From: Candidatus Lustribacter sp.
GTDB lineage: Bacteria; Vulcanimicrobiota; Vulcanimicrobiia; Vulcanimicrobiales; Vulcanimicrobiaceae
NCBI GenBank assembly: GCA_965277805.1
Contig: OZ255842.1
Coordinates: 2,368,001-2,432,000 of the forward strand
DNA length: 64,000 nt
Direction: 5' to 3'
A program made the position numbers and the translations under genes. Below are positions 46,238 through 56,485 of this stretch, piece by piece (the stretch's first letter is position 1; each line of letters opens with the position of its first letter). A model generated the notes under the pieces. The model was not told the origin of the DNA. It made no database searches and worked only from the letters and a program-made list of their open reading frames with translations.

Positions 46238-48563
46238 GTTCATCGGCGCCGCGCTCCCGCGGCTCGAAGACAAGCGCCTCATCACCGGTTCCGGCCGTTA
46301 CACCGACGACGTCCGCGCGGCGGGCTCCGCGCACGCCGCCTTCATCCGTTCGCCCCACGCGCATGCGCGCATCGGCACGATCGACGCCTCGGCCGCGCTC
46401 GCGGCACCGGGTGTGATCGCGGTGCTCACCGCTGCCGACTACCTTGCCGACGGCCATCGCCCGATCGCGCACGTACCGAATCCCGCCGACGCCGTCGACT
46501 GGCAGCGCCCCGGCTTCGTGGCGCCCGAAGGCGAACCGCCGGTGGCCGACATCCCGCAGCTGCCGCTCGCGTACGACCGCGCGCGGCACGCGGGCGAAGC
46601 GGTCGCCGTGATCATCGCCGAAACCGCGGCGCAAGCGCGCGACGCGATGGAACTCGTCGAGATCGATTACGAAGCACTGCGCGCCGTGGTCAACGCGCAA
46701 GATGCGCTCGCGCCCGAGGCGCCGCTGATCTGGGAGCAAGCGCCGGGGAACCGCTGCTTCGACCTCGCGTTCGGCGACGAAGCCGCTTCCGAGGCCGCGT
46801 TTGCGAACGCGCACCTCGTCGTCGAGCGCACGTTCGACAACCACCGCATCGTCACGTGTCACATGGAGCCCCGCGCGGCGATCGCGTCGTACGATGCCGA
46901 GAGCGGTGACTATGCGATCGTCGCCGGCAGCCAAGGCGTCTTCAAGTACCGCGTCTCGATCGCGCAGGCACTGGGCGTTGACGCAGGGCACGTGCACGTC
47001 AGTTCGCCCGATGTCGGGGGCGGATTCGGCTCGCGCACGAACCTGCATCCCGAACCGCTGGTGCTGGCGTGGGCCGCCAAACGCATCGGCCGTACCGTGC
47101 GCTGGACGAGCGATCGCAGCGAATCGTTCGTCACCGACTTCCAGGGCCGCGACATCACCGACAACGTCGCGCTCGCGTTCGATGCGTGCGGGCGTCTGCT
47201 CGCGATGCGCGCGACGATGACCGGCAACATTGGCGCCTACACCGTCGGCTACGCGCCGCTGCAGAACGCCTATCGCATCGCGACCGGCGTGTACGACGTT
47301 CCGCTCGCATTCGTCCGCGCGCGCGGCGCGATCACCAATACGACGCCGACCGCGCCGTTCCGCGGAGCGGGCCGGCCCGAAGCCACCCACGCGATCGAAC
47401 GTCTGCTCGACATCGCCGCATCAGAACTCGGGCTCGACCGCGTCGAGATCCGGCGCCGCAACATCGTGCGTACGACGCAGCTGCCGTACCGTACCGCCGT
47501 CGGGCTGACGCTCGATTCCGGCGACTTCGCCGACAACATGGACCGCGCGCTCGTGCACGCGGACTGGACCGGCTTCGACGCGCGCCGTAGTGCGAGCCTC
47601 GAGCAGCGCAAACTGCGCGGCATCGGCTTCGCCAACTACGTCGAGGCGCCGGTCGGCGCGCCGCGCGAACGCCTCATCCTTAACGTGCGCAGCGAAGGCG
47701 TCGTCGAAATCGTCACCGGGACGCAATCGACCGGGCAAGGCCACGAAACGACCTTCGCGCAGGTCGCAGCCGACCTGCTCGACGTGCCGATTGAATCGAT
47801 CCGGCTCGTGCAAGGCGAATCGCGCGCGATCACGATCGGCGGCGGAACGCACTCGAACCGCTCGATGCGCATCGTCGGCACGCTGCTCGTCGAAACGTGC
47901 GGCAAGCTGCGCGAACGCGCCGGCGTGATTGCCGCCGCGCATCCCGAAGCCGCCGGCGATATGTTCGCCATCGCGGCCATCGCCGAACGCGCGGGCGAAC
48001 CCCTAACCGCCGACGCGGACTTCGCCGGACGCATTCCGGCGCACCCGACCGGCTGCGCCGTGTGCGAACTCGAGATCGATCCCGCCACGGGCGTCGTGAC
48101 GATCGAACGCTACTCGCAAGTCGACGACGTCGGTCAGGCCATCAACCCGCTGATCCTCGATGGACAAACGCACGGCGGCATCGCGATGGGGATCGGACAG
48201 ACGCTCTACGAGCAGCTCTTCTTCGACCGCGAATCGGGGCAAGTCCGCGGCGGAACGTTCATGGAATACGCGGTCCCGCGCTCGTTCCAAGTGCCGAACT
48301 ACGACGTCGAGCTGCGCGAACACCCGACGGCCGGCAATCCGCTGCGCGTCAAAGGCGGCGGCGAAGGCGGCGTGACGCCGGCACCGGCCGCGATCATCAA
48401 TGCGATCTGCGATGCGTTACGCGGTTACGGCGTCGATCACATCGAAACGCCGGCCACGCCGGAAAAGATCTGGCGCGCGATGCGCTCGAGTCATCCCGAG
48501 CTTATCGAGGGACAGCCACTATCGATGTCGATGAGTGGCGGCCCCTCGACAAGCTCGGGGTGA
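46221..48563 (+). CDS. Xanthine dehydrogenase family molybdopterin-binding subunit (CoxL form II-like)
   Basis: [50 protein letters not shown]. Confidence 0.92.
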   Translation: MRRLSKFIGAALPRLEDKRLITGSGRYTDDVRAAGSAHAAFIRSPHAHARIGTIDASAALAAPGVIAVLTAADYLADGHRPIAHVPNPADAVDWQRPGFVAPEGEPPVADIPQLPLAYDRARHAGEAVAVIIAETAAQARDAMELVEIDYEALRAVVNAQDALAPEAPLIWEQAPGNRCFDLAFGDEAASEAAFANAHLVVERTFDNHRIVTCHMEPRAAIASYDAESGDYAIVAGSQGVFKYRVSIAQALGVDAGHVHVSSPDVGGGFGSRTNLHPEPLVLAWAAKRIGRTVRWTSDRSESFVTDFQGRDITDNVALAFDACGRLLAMRATMTGNIGAYTVGYAPLQNAYRIATGVYDVPLAFVRARGAITNTTPTAPFRGAGRPEATHAIERLLDIAASELGLDRVEIRRRNIVRTTQLPYRTAVGLTLDSGDFADNMDRALVHADWTGFDARRSASLEQRKLRGIGFANYVEAPVGAPRERLILNVRSEGVVEIVTGTQSTGQGHETTFAQVAADLLDVPIESIRLVQGESRAITIGGGTHSNRSMRIVGTLLVETCGKLRERAGVIAAAHPEAAGDMFAIAAIAERAGEPLTADADFAGRIPAHPTGCAVCELEIDPATGVVTIERYSQVDDVGQAINPLILDGQTHGGIAMGIGQTLYEQLFFDRESGQVRGGTFMEYAVPRSFQVPNYDVELREHPTAGNPLRVKGGGEGGVTPAPAAIINAICDALRGYGVDHIETPATPEKIWRAMRSSHPELIEGQPLSMSMSGGPSTSSG
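48490..48563. repeat. Paired inverted REP-like elements (REPIN-like doublet) forming the coxL-like 3' end
   Basis: GTCATCCCGAGCTTATCGAGGGACAGCCACT ... AGTGGCGGCCCCTCGACAAGCTCGGGGTGA. Confidence 0.8.
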
Positions 48564-48572
48564 TATAAGGGA

Positions 48573-48926
48573 CTACGCGGCGAGGACGCCTTCTTCGGCG
48601 TCTTGTTTGTCGAGCGATTCTTTTTTCTCGACGAGCACCCAGGTGTTGGCCGTTTCGCGCTGTGCGTCGGAAACATGCGCTTTGGCCCAGGCGAGGATGC
48701 CTTCGTCGGTGTCGATCGTCTTCAGTGCTTCGTCGAACTGCGCCGAGGTGATGCCCCAGCGTTCGAAGACGCCGCGATCCAACGGACACGGATAGATGTA
48801 ATCGAAGATCGTGTCGTCGCGCTTGGCACGCGCTTTGTCGAACACGCGGGCGAGCCAGTAGAAGTCGCCGATTTGGTCGCGCCCACGGCGCGGGAAGTCT
48901 TTGCCGCTGCGGAAGTCAGTCGCCAT
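48573..48926 (-). CDS. DUF5069-like protein
   Basis: PRRGRDQIGDFYWLARVFDKARA..DYIYPCPLD; AGGAG RBS. Confidence 0.8.
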   Translation of the reverse strand: MATDFRSGKDFPRRGRDQIGDFYWLARVFDKARAKRDDTIFDYIYPCPLDRGVFERWGITSAQFDEALKTIDTDEGILAWAKAHVSDAQRETANTWVLVEKKESLDKQDAEEGVLAA

Positions 48927-48972
48927 TTGTTCGTCTCTCCTGTCGGTGTGCTCGTATGAACCAAAGTCCCCG

Positions 48973-49827
48973 TCAGCCGGGTTGCAGCGCCTTGGCAACC
49001 GCCCGCCGGACGAACACGTCGGCCATGGCGGCGCGGTATTCACCCGAGGCGAACGTGTCGCCGCGCGCCTCGATTCCGGCCGCGGCATCCCGGCAGGCCG
49101 CATCGAGCGCGGCGGAATCGTCCGTCCACACGCCGGCCAGCGCCGCCTCGACGCCGGGCGCCCGGAATGCTGCGTCGCCGACCCCGGTGAACGCGACCCG
49201 CGCGGCGGCGATGCGGCCGGCAGCGAGGTCGAGCTTGACCGCCGCACCGACGACCGCGTAGCCCGACGCCGGGTGGTGAAATTTTTCGTACGCCGAGTTC
49301 GGCGCGGACGCGAACGCGATCGAGGTGAGCAACTCGAGCGGATCGAGCGCCGTTTCGAACATCCCTACAAAGAACGCATCGGCATCGACGTCGCGCGTAC
49401 CGGATTCGCCGGTGAGGGTGAAGGTTGCATCGAGCGCCAGCATCACGGCCGGATAGTCGGCCGACGGATCGCCGTGCGCGCACGCGCCGCCCACCGTGCC
49501 GCGGTTGCGGACTTGCGGATCGCCCAGCTCGTTCGCAGCTTGATACAGCACGGGCGCGTGCTGCTCGAGCTCGCGGCTCGACGCGAGCGCCGCGTGCGTC
49601 GTCAGCGCGCCGAGCTCGATGCGCTTGCCGTCGTGTTTGATACCGGCCAGATCCGGAATCGCACCGATGTCGATGATCGTCCCGGGTGCCGCGAGCCGCA
49701 GCTTCATCATCGGAATCAAGCTGTGTCCGCCGGCGAGAATCTTCCCGTCGTCGCCCGCTTCTTCGAGCAGGCGCAGCGCGTCGGGAACGTCGCGCGCGCG
49801 AACGTAGTTGAAGGCAACCGGAATCAT
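48973..49827 (-). CDS. Xanthine dehydrogenase family FAD-binding subunit (CoxM-like)
   Basis: [33 protein letters not shown]. Confidence 0.93.
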   Translation of the reverse strand: MIPVAFNYVRARDVPDALRLLEEAGDDGKILAGGHSLIPMMKLRLAAPGTIIDIGAIPDLAGIKHDGKRIELGALTTHAALASSRELEQHAPVLYQAANELGDPQVRNRGTVGGACAHGDPSADYPAVMLALDATFTLTGESGTRDVDADAFFVGMFETALDPLELLTSIAFASAPNSAYEKFHHPASGYAVVGAAVKLDLAAGRIAAARVAFTGVGDAAFRAPGVEAALAGVWTDDSAALDAACRDAAAGIEARGDTFASGEYRAAMADVFVRRAVAKALQPG

Positions 49828-50291
49828 TGGCCGCGCACCACGGCCGCCGCGACGGTGACCGCTTTCACGATGTTCTCATAGCCCGTGCAGCGGCAGATGT
49901 TGCCCTCGATGCCGAAGCGGATCTCTTCCTCGGTCGGGTTCGGATTGCGCTTGATCAAGTCGAGAGCGCTCATGATCATGCCGGGGGTGCAGAACCCGCA
50001 CTGCAAGCCGTGCTGCGTCCAGAACGCCTCTTGCATCGGATGCAGGTCTTCGCGCGTGCCGATGCCCTCGATCGTCGTTACCGTGCGGCCCTCGGCTTGC
50101 ACCGCGAACATCGTGCAGCTTTTCACGGAGACGCCGTCGAGCAGTACCGTGCACGCGCCGCAACTCGAGGTATCGCAGCCGACGTGGGTGCCGGTGAGTT
50201 CGAGCTCCTCGCGTAAGGCTTGCACGAGCAGGAGCCGCGGCTCGACATCGAGCGTGTGCTCGACGCCGTTAACGCGGAAGGTCACATTCAT
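49824..50291 (-). CDS. 2Fe-2S subunit (CoxS-like)
   Basis: [28 protein letters not shown]. Confidence 0.95.
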   Translation of the reverse strand: MNVTFRVNGVEHTLDVEPRLLLVQALREELELTGTHVGCDTSSCGACTVLLDGVSVKSCTMFAVQAEGRTVTTIEGIGTREDLHPMQEAFWTQHGLQCGFCTPGMIMSALDLIKRNPNPTEEEIRFGIEGNICRCTGYENIVKAVTVAAAVVRGQ

Positions 50292-50354
50292 ACCCCTCCC
50301 GTTCTCCGCACCGGCGGCGGGATCATGGGTGTGCTACGCGAAGGCGGATTTGCT

Positions 50355-51908
50355 ATGCAAACCGCGCCCCGCCCCTCGCACCACGGTGTCGACACGGAAC
50401 GCTTCCGCCTGCGTTCGTTCATCGAATCGCTGGCCGGATCCGACGAGCTCGAGATCCACGATGCGCCGATCGACTTGGTCGACGTAGCCGCCAAGGTCGA
50501 CGGCAATCCGAAAGCCGTCCTCTTCCGCAACATGGGGCCCGAAGGCGCCGAGATGGTCGCGAGCGTCACCGCCAGCCGCGAACGCCTGGCCCGCGCGTTC
50601 GGCGTTCCCCAGAGCGAGCTGCGCGCCGAGGTCTCGCGCCGGCTGCGCAACGAGCCGGTGCTGGTCGACGTGAGCCGCGAGGACGCGCCCGTTCAGCAAG
50701 TCGTGCTCACCGGCGACGACGCCGATCTCACCAAGCTGCCGGTGCATTTGCAGCACGGCTACGACGGCGCACCATTCATCTCGGCGTCGATCGACTACGC
50801 GGTCGACAAACTGACCGGCCTCACCAACGTCGGCATCCGCCGCTTGATGCTGCGCGGCCGCCGCGAAACCGGGATCGATCTGCACACGCCGAGCGATCTC
50901 AAGGCAATTTATGAAGCGAGCCTCGCGCGCGGCGAACGGCTCCCGATCAGCTTCGTCGTCGGTGCGCATCCGATCGACTACGTCGCCTCGATGATGCGCC
51001 TGCCGGGCGACGAGCTCGGACTCGTGTCCTCGCTGCGCGGCGCGCCGGTTGCGGTCGTGAAGGGCGTCACCAACGACGTGCGCGTTCCGGCCGACGCCGA
51101 ATACGTGCTCGAAGGCTACCTCGACGAACGCGGCTTCATCGAACCCGAAGGCCCGTACGGCGAATTCCTCGGCTACTACGGCGGCGTGAAGAAGAACCCG
51201 GTCTTCACCCTCACCGCGATCACGCACCGCCGTGACGCACTCTTTCAGTCGGCGAGCATCAGCGGCAAACAGCTCGCCTACACCGACACGGCCCAACTGG
51301 GCGCGCTGCGCAGCGAGGTGATCATCTGGAACGCGCTGCAGACCGCGGTGCGCGAACCGCGTCAGATCTACGCGACCGCGTCGAGCGGCGGTAACTACAA
51401 CGTGCGCATCCAGATGCGGCAGCGCGTGCCGGGCGAGGCGCAAAACGCGATCTCGGCCGTCTTCGGCTGCCTCGCCAACGTGAAGAACGTGTTCGTCGTC
51501 GATCCCGACGTCGACATCTTCTCCGACGCCGAGATGGACTGGGCGCTCGCGACGCGTTTCCAAGCCGATCGCGATCTGGTCGTCCATCAGAACATGCGCG
51601 CGTTGCCGCTCGACCCCTCGCTCGATCCGGGCAAACGGATCGGCGCCAAGGCGGGCTTCGATCTCACCGTGGCGTTCGGCCGCAGCGGCATGGAATCGCT
51701 GATTCCCGAGGTCCCGACGTACGGCACGAAACGCTTTCCCTCGCTGCGCGCCGCCCTCGAAGACGGACCCAAGCGTTTCGAAGAACTGATCGCCGCCGCC
51801 GGCAGCCGCGACGGCCGCGAGATCGTGTTGGAACTCGCGAAGTTACGCCAGGAAGTTTCCATCGGGCGCGACGCGCTCGGGCGCTACACGATCGAAAAAC
51901 CAGCGTAG
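50355..51908 (+). CDS. UbiD family (prFMN-dependent) decarboxylase with C-terminal extension
   Basis: EGPYGEFLGYY, VDPDVDIF..WALATRFQADRD, LDPS. Confidence 0.92.
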   Translation: MQTAPRPSHHGVDTERFRLRSFIESLAGSDELEIHDAPIDLVDVAAKVDGNPKAVLFRNMGPEGAEMVASVTASRERLARAFGVPQSELRAEVSRRLRNEPVLVDVSREDAPVQQVVLTGDDADLTKLPVHLQHGYDGAPFISASIDYAVDKLTGLTNVGIRRLMLRGRRETGIDLHTPSDLKAIYEASLARGERLPISFVVGAHPIDYVASMMRLPGDELGLVSSLRGAPVAVVKGVTNDVRVPADAEYVLEGYLDERGFIEPEGPYGEFLGYYGGVKKNPVFTLTAITHRRDALFQSASISGKQLAYTDTAQLGALRSEVIIWNALQTAVREPRQIYATASSGGNYNVRIQMRQRVPGEAQNAISAVFGCLANVKNVFVVDPDVDIFSDAEMDWALATRFQADRDLVVHQNMRALPLDPSLDPGKRIGAKAGFDLTVAFGRSGMESLIPEVPTYGTKRFPSLRAALEDGPKRFEELIAAAGSRDGREIVLELAKLRQEVSIGRDALGRYTIEKPA

Positions 51909-51941
51909 CCTCACACCACTCGCTTAGCCGGGAGTTTTCGG

Positions 51942-53120
51942 ATGACGCACTTACGGAAGATAATTGTTGCAGCATTCGTTGCGATGTTTGCGCTCACGGC
52001 CGCCGGCGCGGCCGACTTGCCGCCGGTCAAGATCGGCATCGTGTACTCGTACACCGGTTCGTCGGCCGACGCCGGCCCGGTCGTCGATGCGGCGATCGCA
52101 GCGTGGCTCGCCCAGCACCACGGCATGATGTCGGGCCGCAAAGTCGAGATGATCAAGCGCGATGACACCGGCCCTGCGCCCGACGTCGCGCGCCGTCTTT
52201 CAACCGAACTCGTCGTGCAAGATCACGTCGACTTCCTCATGGGCAGCACGTACACGCCGAACGCCGTGGCGATGGCGACCGCATCGACGCAATCGAAGAC
52301 GCCGTACTGCATGGTCAACGCGGCCGGTTCCGGTCTGCTTGCGAAGGCGCCGTACTCGACGCGGCTCGGCGTCACGATGGCGCAGATCACCGTTCCGCTC
52401 GCGAACTGGGCCTGGAAAAACGGCGTGAAGACGGTCTACAACGTGCTCGCCAACTACCAGCCCGGCATCGACGGCGGCAAGGCGTTCGCCGACACGTTCA
52501 CCGCGGCCGGCGGCAAGATGGTCGGCGAAGTGCTCGTGCCGATCAACAACACGGAATTCAGCGCGTACATCCAGCGCGTGAAAGATGCCAAGCCCGATGC
52601 GGTATTCGTTTTCGTCGGCGCGGGCACGCCGGCGGTTGCATTCTTCAAAGCCTTTCATCAAGCCGGACTCGACAAAATGGGTATTCGCATTCTCGCCTCG
52701 GGCGACGCGCTCGAAGAGGATGCCCTGCCGCAGATGGGCGACGAGCCCAATGGCGTGATCAGCTCGCTGAACTACGCTGCCGTGCACGATTCGAAGCTCA
52801 ACCGCGACTTCGTCAGCGCGTTTCACGCAGCCGATTCGACCAAAACGCTCGAGCCGGATTTCTTCGCGGTGGCCGCCTACGATTGCATGACGGCGTTCGA
52901 CCGGGCCGTCGCCGCGCAGAAGGGCACGATCGATCCCGACAAGACGATGGCGATCTGGAGCGGCTTGAAGTGGGAGAGCCCGCGCGGTCCGATCCAGATC
53001 GATCCGCAAACGCGCGACATCACGCAAGACATGTACATGCGCAAGGTGACGAAACAGGGACCAAAATATCAGGACGTCGAGTTTTCGACGACGCCCAATG
53101 TTAAGGCCGACGGCACCTAA
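51942..53120 (+). CDS. ABC substrate-binding protein, PBP1 (aromatic acid-binding type)
   Basis: Paralog of 42259..43461 (KRDDTGPAPDVARRL, ESPRGPIQIDPQTRDI). Confidence 0.9.
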   Translation: MTHLRKIIVAAFVAMFALTAAGAADLPPVKIGIVYSYTGSSADAGPVVDAAIAAWLAQHHGMMSGRKVEMIKRDDTGPAPDVARRLSTELVVQDHVDFLMGSTYTPNAVAMATASTQSKTPYCMVNAAGSGLLAKAPYSTRLGVTMAQITVPLANWAWKNGVKTVYNVLANYQPGIDGGKAFADTFTAAGGKMVGEVLVPINNTEFSAYIQRVKDAKPDAVFVFVGAGTPAVAFFKAFHQAGLDKMGIRILASGDALEEDALPQMGDEPNGVISSLNYAAVHDSKLNRDFVSAFHAADSTKTLEPDFFAVAAYDCMTAFDRAVAAQKGTIDPDKTMAIWSGLKWESPRGPIQIDPQTRDITQDMYMRKVTKQGPKYQDVEFSTTPNVKADGT

Positions 53121-53129
53121 CGTGTAAGC

Positions 53130-53165
53130 GAGCGCTATTACGCATTGCGTCGCGCGCTCTTTTTT
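53130..53165 (+). terminator. Probable intrinsic terminator
   Basis: GAGCGC..ACGC-ATT-GCGT..GCGCTC followed by a T-run. Confidence 0.55.
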
Positions 53166-53180
53166 GGGTAGACTGCGGTC

Positions 53181-53786
53181 ATGACGACCGCAACGCAACA
53201 AGCGTACACCGCTAAGAAGTGGGACCTTAAGGGTCTCCAAGGTATTTCCGACAACACGCTGACGGTGCACTTTGGCCTTTACGAAGGCTACGTGACGAAC
53301 ACCAACAAGCTCAACGACCAGATCGCCGCCCTCGTGCAAGCCGGCAAAGGGTCAGCCGCTGAACCGGCGTTCGCCGAACTGACGCGCCGTCTCGGCTTCG
53401 AGTACAACGGCATGGTTCTGCACGAGTACTACTTCGACAACCTGACCTCGAGCGGCAGCACCGCGCCGTCGTCGGGCAAACTCGTTACCGCCGTAAACGA
53501 GAGCTTCGGAGACTTCGAAACTTGGAAGAAAAGTTTCGCGGCGACCGGCGCTCTGCGCGGCGTGGGTTGGGCCATCATGTATCAGGATCCGAAGAGCGGG
53601 CGTCTCTCCAACCACTGGGTGACGCTGCACGAAGACGGCAATGTTGCCGGCTTCACGCCGATCCTCGTGATGGACGTGTGGGAACACGCCTTCCTGCTCG
53701 ACTACAAACCGGCCGAGCGCCCCAAGTACATCGAAGCGTTCTTCAGCAACGTCGACTGGACCGCAGTCGAAAAGCGCCTGAAGTAA
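53181..53786 (+). CDS. sod: Fe/Mn superoxide dismutase family protein
   Basis: HFGLYEGYV, NGMVLHEYYF, DVWEHAF signature. Confidence 0.92.
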   Translation: MTTATQQAYTAKKWDLKGLQGISDNTLTVHFGLYEGYVTNTNKLNDQIAALVQAGKGSAAEPAFAELTRRLGFEYNGMVLHEYYFDNLTSSGSTAPSSGKLVTAVNESFGDFETWKKSFAATGALRGVGWAIMYQDPKSGRLSNHWVTLHEDGNVAGFTPILVMDVWEHAFLLDYKPAERPKYIEAFFSNVDWTAVEKRLK

Positions 53787-53789
53787 CCG

Positions 53790-54134
53790 TTACGTGCGTT
53801 GGCGTCCCGGCACCAGCGGCCGGGGCGCCGACGCGACGTAGATCTCGGCATCGCGAATTTCGACGGGAAACGTCGCCACCGACTGGCGGCCGTATTCCTC
53901 GGTGCCGTCGACGAGGCTGAACTCGCGGAAATGCAGCGGACATTGCACCGTGCAGGCAGTGGGGTTGACCTTGCCGCCGTGCAGCGGTCCGTCGACGTGC
54001 GGGCAGACGTTGTTGATCGCATAGATCGTTCCGTCAACGTTGAACACGCCGACGTCGTACTCACCGACCTGCGTTACGCGCGCCGTGCCCGGCGCCACCT
54101 CCCCGAGCGAAAAGACCCGCACAAAATCATCCAT
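53790..54134 (-). CDS. Rieske-type ferredoxin
   Basis: CPHVDGPL...CPLH; start MDDF at 54134. Confidence 0.88.
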   Translation of the reverse strand: MDDFVRVFSLGEVAPGTARVTQVGEYDVGVFNVDGTIYAINNVCPHVDGPLHGGKVNPTACTVQCPLHFREFSLVDGTEEYGRQSVATFPVEIRDAEIYVASAPRPLVPGRQRT

Positions 54135-55614
54135 TCGTGACCTTTTCGGCAAGGCGCTCGCGGAGGTCTTTCTTGAGCGCCTTCCCTTGCGCGTTCTTCG
54201 GGAAGGGTTCGAAGAAGACGTACTTGGGCTTCTTGTAGCTGGCGATCAGCGCACGGCAGTGTTCGATGATCTCGGCTTCCGTGACGTGCGCGCCCGGCGT
54301 CAGTTCCACGAAGGCCACCACGGCTTCGCCAAATTGGGCATCCGGCGTGCCGACGACGGCGGCATCGGCCACTGCGGGATGCGAGAGGATCGCGTTCTCG
54401 ACTTCCTTGGAATAGATGTTCAGGCCGCCGCTGAGGATCATGTCCTTCTTGCGGTCGACCATGTAGAGATAACCGTCGGGATCGAAGCGCCCCATGTCGC
54501 CGGTGAGAAACCAGCCGTCGCGAAAGGCCTCGGCCGTTTCCTTCGGCCGGTTCCAGTACGCGCGCATCATCAGCTCGGCGCCCGGCACGCCCGAACGCAC
54601 GAGGATCTCGCCGATCTCCCCGTTCGGCACGGCCTTGCCCGCATCGTCGGCCAGCATCACTTCAACGCCGGGCACCGGCCGGCCGGCCGAACCGGCATGC
54701 GTGATCTGATCCTCCGACTTCAGCACGGCCGCGCCGAACGTTTCGGTCATCGCCAGTGCTGAGGAGAGCTTGATGTTCGGCAGCGTCGCGAAGAGGCGCT
54801 TCTTCAGCTCGACCGGGAACGCTTCGCCGACCGAGATCATCATGCGCAGCGCGGCGTACGGCTTCGCATCGCCCTCGAACGCATCGAGGATCATGCGCGC
54901 CACGGTCGGCACGAGGCCGGTGACGCTGACGCGCTCGCGCACGATCGTCGCTAAGGTCTCGGCCGCATCGAAGCGCGGCATGATGATCAGCGTCGCGCCC
55001 AGCGTGAGCGTGTTGTACAGGCGCGCGATCGCGGTGCGGTGCGCGAACGGGGTCGTAACGAGTACGCGGTCGTGCTCGGTCAAGCCGTAATCGTAGTTGT
55101 TGATCATCGCGGTGAGCACGAGGTTGTTGTGCGTCGTGATCGCGCCTTTCGGCGTGCCCGACGTGCCCGACGTGTAGCCGATCATGCAATCGTCGGAGTC
55201 GTGCGGCACGGGCCACGGTGCATCGCTGGCGCCGGCTGCCGCGGCCTCGAGTTCGCCGACCGTCACCACCGGGCCCGACGGAATATCACGCAGCTCGTCG
55301 GACGCGACGACGACGCGCGGCTCCGCGTCGCCCACGAGGAACGCGACTTCGTGTGCGGTGAGCCGCGTGCTCACCGGCACGACGAGCGCACCGAGTTTCA
55401 TCACCGCGAGGCACAAGAGCGGCCAAGCGATGCCGTTGTTGACGAACAGCAGTACGCGATCGCCCTTGACGACGCCGCGCCCGTGCAGCACGGCCGCCAG
55501 CTGGTTCGTTCGCCGTTCGAACTCGGCATAGGTCACGCGCGTGTTCTCGCACACGAGCGCTTCGCGGCCGGGAACGCGACGCGCGAAGGTGTCGAGAAAG
55601 ACCTGGGTCTTCAT
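54127..55614 (-). CDS. Acyl/aryl-CoA ligase (AMP-binding)
   Basis: YTSGTSGTPKG, TGDMG, DRKKDMILSGGLNIY, GKALK. Confidence 0.93.
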   Translation of the reverse strand: MKTQVFLDTFARRVPGREALVCENTRVTYAEFERRTNQLAAVLHGRGVVKGDRVLLFVNNGIAWPLLCLAVMKLGALVVPVSTRLTAHEVAFLVGDAEPRVVVASDELRDIPSGPVVTVGELEAAAAGASDAPWPVPHDSDDCMIGYTSGTSGTPKGAITTHNNLVLTAMINNYDYGLTEHDRVLVTTPFAHRTAIARLYNTLTLGATLIIMPRFDAAETLATIVRERVSVTGLVPTVARMILDAFEGDAKPYAALRMMISVGEAFPVELKKRLFATLPNIKLSSALAMTETFGAAVLKSEDQITHAGSAGRPVPGVEVMLADDAGKAVPNGEIGEILVRSGVPGAELMMRAYWNRPKETAEAFRDGWFLTGDMGRFDPDGYLYMVDRKKDMILSGGLNIYSKEVENAILSHPAVADAAVVGTPDAQFGEAVVAFVELTPGAHVTEAEIIEHCRALIASYKKPKYVFFEPFPKNAQGKALKKDLRERLAEKVTNG

Positions 55615-55623
55615 CCGCCCTCG

Positions 55624-56472
55624 TTAGCTTTTCTTGTACGCGCCGAGACCCGGCTTGAACGACTTGTCGTCGAGGAATTGCTTCATGCCTTGCCCGCGCC
55701 CATCGGCTTTGTCCAAGAACGACACTTGATCCATCTTCGCCCCCAGGTAGTCGGACGCGTCCTCCCAGCTCATGTCGCGGACGTGTTTGTAGGCGCGTTT
55801 GGCAGCGCTCAAGACCACCGGATTCTTCTCGAGCAGCGTGTTTGCGAGCTTACGCACGCGGTCGCGCAGCTGATCCTTCGGCACGGCGTCGTTGACGAGC
55901 CCCATCTCCTTCGCTCGCTTTCCATCGAACGTCTCGCCCGTCATGATGTAGTACAGGCAGTCGCGCTGGTTCATCACCTGCGCCACGGCCTTCGTGACGA
56001 TGCCCGCCGGGATGATGCCCCAGTTGATCTCAGAGAGTCCGAACGTGGCTTCTTCGGCGGCAATCGCGAGGTCGCACGAGATCAAGGGCGTGAAGGCGCC
56101 GCCGAAACACCAGCCGTTGACCATCGCGATCGTCGGCTTCGGAAAAGGCGCCAGCAGCCGCCATTGCCACATCGCGTTCGTGCGGTAGACGCGCAACCGT
56201 TCGAGCGTCGGCATCCCGTCGGTCGCGCGGAAGTAGTCCTTGAGATCCATGCCGGCCGAAAACGCGTCGCCCGTGCCGGTCAGCACGAGCACGCCGGCGC
56301 GGTCGTCGATCTCGAGCGCTTCGAGAACTTCGAGCATCTCGTATGCGAGCGCCACGCTCATCGCGTTCCGCTTTTCGGGCCGGTTCAGCGACACCCACGC
56401 GATGCCGTCCTCGAACTCGACTAAGACGTTTTTTCCGCCCGGGACGGGCTTGCCGTTTGCTGATGCGCTCAT
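55624..56472 (-). CDS. ech: p-Hydroxycinnamoyl-CoA hydratase/lyase (feruloyl-CoA hydratase-like)
   Basis: NRPEKRNAMS, AGMDLKDYF, WQWRLL, FGLSEINWG, QGMKQFLDDKSFKPGL. Confidence 0.88.
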   Translation of the reverse strand: MSASANGKPVPGGKNVLVEFEDGIAWVSLNRPEKRNAMSVALAYEMLEVLEALEIDDRAGVLVLTGTGDAFSAGMDLKDYFRATDGMPTLERLRVYRTNAMWQWRLLAPFPKPTIAMVNGWCFGGAFTPLISCDLAIAAEEATFGLSEINWGIIPAGIVTKAVAQVMNQRDCLYYIMTGETFDGKRAKEMGLVNDAVPKDQLRDRVRKLANTLLEKNPVVLSAAKRAYKHVRDMSWEDASDYLGAKMDQVSFLDKADGRGQGMKQFLDDKSFKPGLGAYKKS

Positions 56473-56485
56473 GTTTCGATACTCC

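Noticed and set aside
45479-46285. N-terminal extension of hmgA (692-aa ORF) as a fusion
   Set aside because: It is the antisense shadow of the DLH gene; HmgA similarity starts at about 45478.
46221-50291. Aerobic CO dehydrogenase (form I coxMSL)
   Set aside because: It lacks the AYxCSFR motif, the gene order is not MSL and there are no accessory cox genes.
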